Source: Octopus bimaculoides (Eukaryota). From it: DNA of 58,421 nt. Under the pieces are notes generated by a model. That model saw nothing but the letters and a program-made list of their open reading frames with translations, ran no database searches and was not told the DNA's origin. A program made the position numbers and the translations under genes. The stretch covers positions 22,052,562 to 22,110,982 of the forward strand of contig NC_068993.1 of assembly GCF_001194135.2 (NCBI RefSeq). The letters are read 5' to 3'. This document shows positions 51,006-58,421 of the stretch, one piece after another (the first letter of the stretch is position 1; every line of letters starts with the position of its first letter).

Positions 51006-52017
51006 NNNNNNNNNNNNNNNNNNNNNNNNNNNNNNNNNNNNNNNNNNNNNNNNNNNNNNNNNNNNNNNNNNNNNNNNNNNNNNNNNNNNNNNNNNNNNNN
51101 NNNNNNNNNNNNNNNNNNNNNNNNNNNNNNNNNNNNNNNNNNNNNNNNNNNNNNNNNNNNNNNNNNNNNNNNNNNNNNNNNNNNNNNNNNNNNNNNNNNN
51201 NNNNNNNNNNNNNNNNNNNNNNNNNNNNNNNNNNNNNNNNNNNNNNNNNNNNNNNNNNNNNNNNNNNNNNNNNNNNNNNNNNNNNNNNNNNNNNNNNNNN
51301 NNNNNNNNNNNNNNNNNNNNNNNNNNNNNNNNNNNNNNNNNNNNNNNNNNNNNNNNNNNNNNNNNNNNNNNNNNNNNNNNNNNNNNNNNNNNNNNNNNNN
51401 NNNNNNNNNNNNNNNNNNNNNNNNNNNNNNNNNNNNNNNNNNNNNNNNNNNNNNNNNNNNNNNNNNNNNNNNNNNNNNNNNNNNNNNNNNNNNNNNNNNN
51501 NNNNNNNNNNNNNNNNNNNNNNNNNNNNNNNNNNNNNNNNNNNNNNNNNNNNNNNNNNNNNNNNNNNNNNNNNNNNNNNNNNNNNNNNNNNNNNNNNNNN
51601 NNNNNNNNNNNNNNNNNNNNNNNNNNNNNNNNNNNNNNNNNNNNNNNNNNNNNNNNNNNNNNNNNNNNNNNNNNNNNNNNNNNNNNNNNNNNNNNNNNNN
51701 NNNNNNNNNNNNNNNNNNNNNNNNNNNNNNNNNNNNNNNNNNNNNNNNNNNNNNNNNNNNNNNNNNNNNNNNNNNNNNNNNNNNNNNNNNNNNNNNNNNN
51801 NNNNNNNNNNNNNNNNNNNNNNNNNNNNNNNNNNNNNNNNNNNNNNNNNNNNNNNNNNNNNNNNNNNNNNNNNNNNNNNNNNNNNNNNNNNNNNNNNNNN
51901 NNNNNNNNNNNNNNNNNNNNNNNNNNNNNNNNNNNNNNNNNNNNNNNNNNNNNNNNNNNNNNNNNNNNNNNNNNNNNNTATATATATATACATACATGTA
52001 TGTATGTATGTGCATAT

Positions 52018-53535
52018 AACTTTCCATCCTACCCTTCACTTCTCTTGCACTATTTCCGACACCTCAGTCGCCTTTCTTGACATCTCGGTCAGCATTCATC
52101 ACTCCACTCTCACTACCTTTATCCACTACAAACACACTGACTCACACTCATACCTCAACTCTGCAGTGACAACCATGACATTAAGACTCAGTCTCAACTC
52201 ATGGCTCGCCACTTCATCCTACGTGCATATCCCCTTACCACTATCCACACCGCCCTTGCCAGTGTACGTTCCGTGGACCGTGCATCTGCTCTCTTCCCCG
52301 CACCCACACCGCCGTCACCTGTCTCCCGTTTCCCCTCACCTACCACCCCACCACTCTACCTCTCCAACGCATCATTCTCCGAGCCTTCCGGTGACTCCAG
52401 TCCGACCACTCCACTTGGCATATCTTCCTTAACCTCCCTCAATCGAGCCAACAACCTACGAGACCTCTTGGTCCGCAGCTTCTTCCCTAACCCAACACCC
52501 CAACCGGATTCCTTCCTCTGCTCCCGTCCACGCTGCCGCACTTACCCTTACCTCTTCAACACCACCCTCCTCACAGGCACCCATCATCGACCCTATCATA
52601 TCACTGACTCCTTCAACTGCACTTCTAGCAACGTTATCTACTACATCTCCTGCTCTCTCTGTCCTTCTCTATACATCAGTCAAATGAGACACCGCTTGGC
52701 TGATTGGTTCGCGGAACACCTCTAAGGCATCTGATTCGGCAACGACATCCCGGTCTCGCGCCATTTCCACTCTATCGGTCACTTTTTAAGACACCTGTCT
52801 GTGTTCGGATTGTCCTTGTACAGGGGCCATCGGGACTCCTGTCTTCGTCGTGAGCAGGGATTAATCTTCTCTCTTCGCTTCTTTGCGCCACATAGGCTCA
52901 ACTCTCCTCCCTTCTTCATCTGACCCTCCTCCTCTCTCCTCTCTTCCTCTCACACCTACTTTCTCCCACCCACCTCTCCTCTCTTGCCCTGACACCTACT
53001 TCCTCTCTTCAATCCTCCCCACCCTCTCCCTTCATCGTTACCCACTCCCTCGTTACCCCACCCCTACACATTCTAACCCCACCATCCCTATACATCCCAT
53101 CCCATCCACACCCTATCCCTTAAACCCCACACTTGATTCCCCCACTCTCGCCTCCACACCCCAACACCACCACACCACACACCACCATACCACACCACAC
53201 TCCATCATACCACCCCGCATACGCTAGCACTGACCCCTTCCCAGCACCTATACCATCATCCACGCACCTACACAAGCACACATAAACCCTTCAATGTCAC
53301 CAGCCCCCTTCTACACGCACATACACGCTATCACACACACATGTACGCGCACCTTCGCTTTGGGATCACCACTACTTTATTATCTCTACTACTTTCCTTT
53401 CTGTAGAAGAGCGTAGGCTCGAAACATAAAAGACTTTCTCACTTCCCGAGCGTTAAACTAATACATCTCTGTTTGTTGTTTACACACCCATCTTCGTCTT
53501 TTGTTTGTTTGTTTGTTTTTTTTTGTAAATTCTCA
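52018..53535 (+). mobile_element. Penelope-like element 3' part: RT thumb, GIY-YIG endonuclease, C-rich 3' region, HHR tail
   Basis: FHPTLHFSCTISDTSVAFLDISV..HYKHTDSHSYL; CSRPRCRTYP; NVIYYISCSLCPSLYISQMRHRLADWFAEHL; REQGLIFSL; stops and frameshifts. Confidence 0.92.
53397..53432 (+). ncRNA. Minimal PLE-type hammerhead-like motif, decayed
   Basis: CTTT-CTGTAGA-A-GAGC(GTAG)GCTC-GAAA-CAT-A-AAAG; A6 changed to U; ACAT is likely CpG decay of ACGT. Confidence 0.55.
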
Positions 53536-53830
53536 CTATATAGATGTGCATGTGTGTGCGTGTGTGTGCGTGCGTGTGTGTGTATGACAAATGAAAGACG
53601 GAAGATAAAATATACGAGAATTTATTATTAATCACGACAATTGTGGTTAATAATTAATTCTCGTATATTTGCCATATACCTAACGATCACTGTGGAAGTG
53701 ACTGCTTTACCAGTAAGCTACCAGGCGTAAACCATTCGTTTTATTATCCATTATATGTGTGTGCGTGTTTGTGTGTGTGTGCATGTATGTGCGGTATGTG
53801 TGTGCGTATGTGTATATATGTATGTATGAA

Positions 53831-53905
<75 letters not shown>

Positions 53906-54581
53906 ATGTATATACATATATACATATATACATATATGTGAGTGTGTGTGAGTGTGCGAGTGTGTATAGATACATATTTATACTTATATGCACGTATGTT
54001 TACATATATACACAGACATGCACACACGCGTTCGCACATGCAAATGAGATTGCGGGTGTTGGATATATGTTTATATAGATCATTTCATATTCTTTTTGAA
54101 CGCATCAATAAGTTCTTCAAATGTAAACATTATTCAGTGTTCAATTGTAGATTATTCATCAATTCATGATCGATTTAAAAACATCAGATGCATCTTTGTA
54201 CAGAAAAATGAAATGAGATATGAATATAGGCGTACAAATATATTTATATATATCTTGTTGAAAGAAGCCGACACAAGGCTGGGTGTATGTGTGAAATACA
54301 AAATTCAACCCATACATACACTTATCCAAACATTCAATATAGGTATAATTAAATTTACTCATTCATGATTAACATGCTGATCAATGCATATGTGAGTAAT
54401 ATAAATATATGTACACGAAAACACACCATGCTGTGAAGCAAGTGTATGTAATATGACATTTGAAGTTGCATACAGTATAAAGCATAATGGAATTCATAAA
54501 TACACATATTTATTTCGCTCGCGAGCACACTTACTCATATATATGTATGCATGCATGCATATAAGTATGTATGTATATAAG

Positions 54582-54622
<41 letters not shown>

Positions 54623-55898
54623 ACACATACACACACGTGCACTTATTGTCTCTCATACAGAGGATTTTTTCATTTCTCCTTTATCAAAACATCGATATTT
54701 TATCACCCAATTTTCACTCCGTATGTTGTACCCTCACTTTCTTTTTTACTTTCTATTATCTTTCAACTCCCACGCTTTTTCATTTTCTTCCGAACTTTTT
54801 CCTTATGTTTTTACTCATGTTTTTCTTTGTATTCCTTCTTTCATTGCCATCTATTCCAGTTCCACATGGTTTCATTCCATTATTTCATTCTTGTGTTCCC
54901 ATTTCCTCCTTTTCTCTGTGTTTAACCCTTTTCCTTTCTTTTTAATGTTTGCTGAATTTAGCATGTTATTTCTTCTAACAACTTAATTATCTCAAAATAT
55001 CGCTTAAGCTCCCGATAATATAACGCTGTGTAACAAACAGTTACAGTCAGAGCAATAGCAATAAAAGAAACAAGAAATAAACAAGCATATCAGATCAAAG
55101 ATCTTCATTTTTACCCAATACTAAACCAAGATAGAGGAACATTCGACCATAAAATTAAAGAATAATAGAATTTTATAGTCATTCCTAAATTCTGGATAAT
55201 TTCGTAATTCATAATAAGGATATTAACCAATAAACCTAACGAGGTAATGTTTTGTCATAATTTTTTACTCGTTTTTTTTTTCTCGTAGCTAACTGCATTT
55301 ATTGAATGACAAGATATTTTAATTGTCGTTTTATCTCACATCCAACATATAACTATGGAAGAAAATCAAGAAAAATTACTAAATAGTTCTTTTTGCATGT
55401 AAGTATTATACTTCAGAATAGACAATGGTAGTTATTGTAGAGAGCCAAAAGAATTTACCAGTTAATTAAAATCAAACACGTAATGAAGAAAATGCATCAC
55501 CAGTTTTAGCTCACTAATTATGTCTAAACATCGAAATCAATATAAGTTTTAATGTGGACATTAATGGGACGAGTGTCTGGTATTTGGCATGTATGGAGAC
55601 AACTCAGGACATATTCCAGGTATATTAGACTGGGGAACATGTAAAACATAACATATACGTTTTTAATTTTGAAAATATCTTTATATAATTTCCAGCAGCA
55701 AGTCTTTGCCTTTACTCCGCCTGCCTGTCAATTGTCATAGACCGAAAAGGAATATTTTAACTCTAACTTATCTACAATCCAGCAAATTTAGTAAAATTAT
55801 ATTTAACTGATGAGGACTGATATAGTAGAAGCATGTAGGAGTTGTTATCATATTATCGAGAAACAGACTCACTCCACTCAGTATGCCTCAAATCTTAC

Positions 55899-55958
55899 CA
55901 AATTCGATTTCAGAGTTCCTTGCCTCGTTTCCTTGACGGTTTTTATTACAAAACCGTC
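55899..55958 (-). CDS. Candidate 60 nt exon (RFCNKNRQGNEARNSEIEF in phase 1, or DGFVIKTVKETRQGTLKSNL in phase 0)
   Basis: aatttcag acceptor, gtaaga donor, two open frames. Confidence 0.35.
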
Positions 55959-56098
55959 CTGAAATTATATGCATACATATATATATATACATAGATATAT
56001 ATATATATAAGTACACACACACACNNNNNNNNNNNNNNNNNNNNNNNNNNNNNNNNNNNNNNNNNNNNNNNNNNNNNNNNNNNNNNNNNNNNNNNNNN

Positions 56099-56131
<33 letters not shown>

Positions 56132-56278
56132 CATTGCTTTGTTCCCAAAGTCCACATTTGTTTGATTAGCGGATATGTGAAACTCTCCGTAACTGTTTTT
56201 GATAGACTTTACGGGATCAATAAGAGTATTCTGTCACTCAGTTCGTCTCTGTCTCTCTTCCTTTCTTATATCTATTAC

Positions 56279-56311
<33 letters not shown>

Positions 56312-56711
56312 TACACGGTCTCACACACACTCACACACATATATGTATGTATGTATGTATGTATGTATTAATGTATGTACTCTGTGACAATTTGAATGCT
56401 TGTGTGGGTGTTCCATTATATGAAACACGTAATAAGTTATACTGAAAGATATTCTATAAACAAGTTTTACAAATATCACCATTAAATGTAAAAGCATCTG
56501 TACAGCTCGTATTCATGATTCAACGTTGTGTTCCTGACAGTCTAATTAGAAAAGTGAGGGAAATTCCAATGCCTATCATGTATATATTCCGTGAATGAAT
56601 ATTTGTCCTTTCTTGGAGCCTATTTCTGATTTGTAAGTCAATTATAATCAGCTAAAAAAGCTAGTTGCAAGAAACCCACTTTAGTCACGAAAGCACTTCG
56701 AATTACTATAC

Positions 56712-56765
56712 CTTTGTGATGCCAAACGATATAAAGATGTGGCAAAACGTGCTCGAAATAGCAGT
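56712..56765 (-). CDS. Candidate 54 nt exon (CYFEHVLPHLYIVWHHK in phase 1)
   Basis: gtctttcag acceptor, gtatag donor, all three frames open. Confidence 0.28.
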
Positions 56766-56994
56766 CTGAAAGACTCAGAACGCGTGTATATATTCACGCA
56801 GAGATTTGGCTATGTATGTAGGAATGTATGTATGTATGTATATATGTATGTATGCTTTTGCCCCTATGTGTTCGAGCATGTGTCTGATCCAACCAATAAA
56901 TGTTCCTCTGTTTATGTTTTGCCAGCAAAATAGTAAATACATTCAAAGAAGACATTATTCTTTAATAATTATATTTCTTAAAGAGAGAGTTAAA

Positions 56995-57061
56995 TTATAT
57001 TAAATCTCTGAGCGAGAGATAAACACTAACAGTACGAAATCGTAAAATATATTTGCCAACT
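56995..57061 (+). repeat. 67 bp direct repeat, left
   Basis: 63/67 identical to 57353-57419. Confidence 0.92.
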
Positions 57062-57352
57062 AAATGTGGTGGTCCTATAGAGGACGATGTTACTGTTGTT
57101 TTTAGCCCCAGGAAGACATTTTCTCCAGCTGGCTAACGACACACAGTCTGTGTCCGATTATAATTTGCGCGGGAGATCATCGCTTCCATCTCTAGCCTTA
57201 TGTGACACACACAAATCCGGGTTTCTGGTTGGCTACCCATCTTCAGTGTGTGTTAATCACTGGCTAGTGATGGAGAACTCATTCCACTCGTAAAATACTT
57301 TATCCTTTTTCTAGCGACTCACTGTCTCTGATCTAGTAAAGTGAGAGATAAG
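57047..57352 (-). mobile_element. HHR-bearing short element, copy 4
   Basis: GATGTTACTGTTG.TTTTAGCCCCAGGA.GACAT.T.CTCCAGCTGGCT shared with the palindrome arm; HHR at its 5' side. Confidence 0.82.
57207..57253 (-). ncRNA. Type I hammerhead-like motif with canonical core
   Basis: ACACACA-CTGAAGA-TGG(GTAGCCAA)CCA-GAAA-CCCGGA-T-T-TGTGTGT; stem I 7 bp, stem II 3 bp, near-palindromic stem III, AUU cleavage triplet. Confidence 0.75.
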
Positions 57353-57419
57353 TTATATTAAATCTCTGAGCGAGAGATAAACAGTAACAATACTGAATCG
57401 TAAAATATATTTGCCAACT
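57353..57419 (+). repeat. 67 bp direct repeat, right
   Basis: 63/67 identical to 56995-57061. Confidence 0.92.
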
Positions 57420-57841
57420 TATTTCTTGTATATCGCTATTTGTGAACACGTAACTCAAGGGTCACTCGTCAGTGATTCAGTGCATTTTTGATTTGGGATT
57501 GTGTCTGGAAGTCATTGCAACTCACAAAAGCTCATTCGCAAACACATACACATAATATGTATATGTATTTGTGTGTGTGTGTGTGTGTGTGTATGTGTGT
57601 GTGTGTGTGCGTGCGTGTTTGCGTGCGTGCTTGCTTGCGTGTTTGTGTGCGTTTATGTATTTGTATGTGTGTGTGTACATGAATTTCCCTCCACCAAATT
57701 CCACTCATACATTGGTCAACCAAGGGAAATCGTATTCATGATATTAGCCCAAATTGTTCCACTCAGTCATTTGCCTGCTAATTGATTTTGATAGTCATAG
57801 ATTTGTGACTGCGCTTTTAAGACTTAAAATGTCGATGATAG

Positions 57842-57875
<34 letters not shown>

Positions 57876-57930
57876 GATGACAGCATCAACGAAGACGACG
57901 ATGACGACGACGACGGTGATGATGATGATA
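57842..57930. repeat. (GAT)n/(GAC)n microsatellite
   Basis: Direct observation. Confidence 0.9.
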
Positions 57931-58219
57931 AAGAGGGGGAAGAAAAGGAAAGAAGAACAAGCTGATTAAGAATCGAAATGAAGAACAAGCTGTTCAAGAA
58001 TATGAGACAGGTAACGGAATGAAGAAATGTCAACGACAAATCCATAATTCTTAACGTTTTAATTCCATTTATGATCAATAATAAGTTAACTTTAATAAAA
58101 TGGAGAATATTTCATCTACAATAGGAACGTGGAATTACTAAAACAAAAAAGATGGAGAGACAGGAATAGTAACTTTCTCATAGTAACAGTGAGAAAAATG
58201 ATTAACCATATCAATTTAT

Positions 58220-58421
58220 CATGTCGTTGCCCTTAGTCGAAAAAATCGAGACTACAACTTGCTCTTTGTAAGCCTAGTACTTATTCTAGTGGGTAACTTT
58301 TGCCGAACTGCTAAATTACGGGGACCGAACCATCGGTTTACAAGCGGTGGGTGGGGGTACAAAGACAGACACATACACACACGCCTACACATGCACACAC
58401 ACACACACACACACACACACA
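58220..58421. mobile_element. SINE-like repeat (same family as 5215-5420) with (CA)n
   Basis: CTTAGTCGAAAAAATCGA..TTTGTAAGCCTAGTACTTATTCTA..TTTTGCCGAACTGCTAA. Confidence 0.8.

Noticed and set aside
1-58421. tRNA, rRNA or CRISPR features
   Set aside because: A/B-box motifs belong to SINE heads without an intact cloverleaf; no repeat-spacer array or rRNA sequence seen

Overview
AT-rich, microsatellite-dense eukaryotic DNA with many N gaps. The SINE families and repeat landscape indicate an octopus (coleoid cephalopod) genome; this is inferred, not database-confirmed. Most ORFs in the track are microsatellite or gap artefacts. Supported content: (1) a probable multi-exon minus-strand gene of unrecognised product, best supported by three phase-compatible open exons at 31572-31361, 28082-27987 and 22781-22690; (2) decayed mobile elements: a 5'-truncated R4/Dong-clade LINE, four Tc1/mariner remnants, three Penelope-like (PLE) RT/GIY-YIG fragments and many tRNA-derived SINEs; (3) at least six hammerhead-ribozyme (HHR)-like motifs. 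Four of the HHR motifs sit in a shared ~210-230 nt non-coding unit: a 5' type I HHR whose stem I sequence differs between copies while pairing is kept, a palindromic stem III, and a common ~110 nt 3' domain. One locus is a near-perfect ~400 bp palindrome of this unit, and another is flanked by 67 bp direct repeats. This ribozyme-bearing short element family is the most interesting signal in the window.
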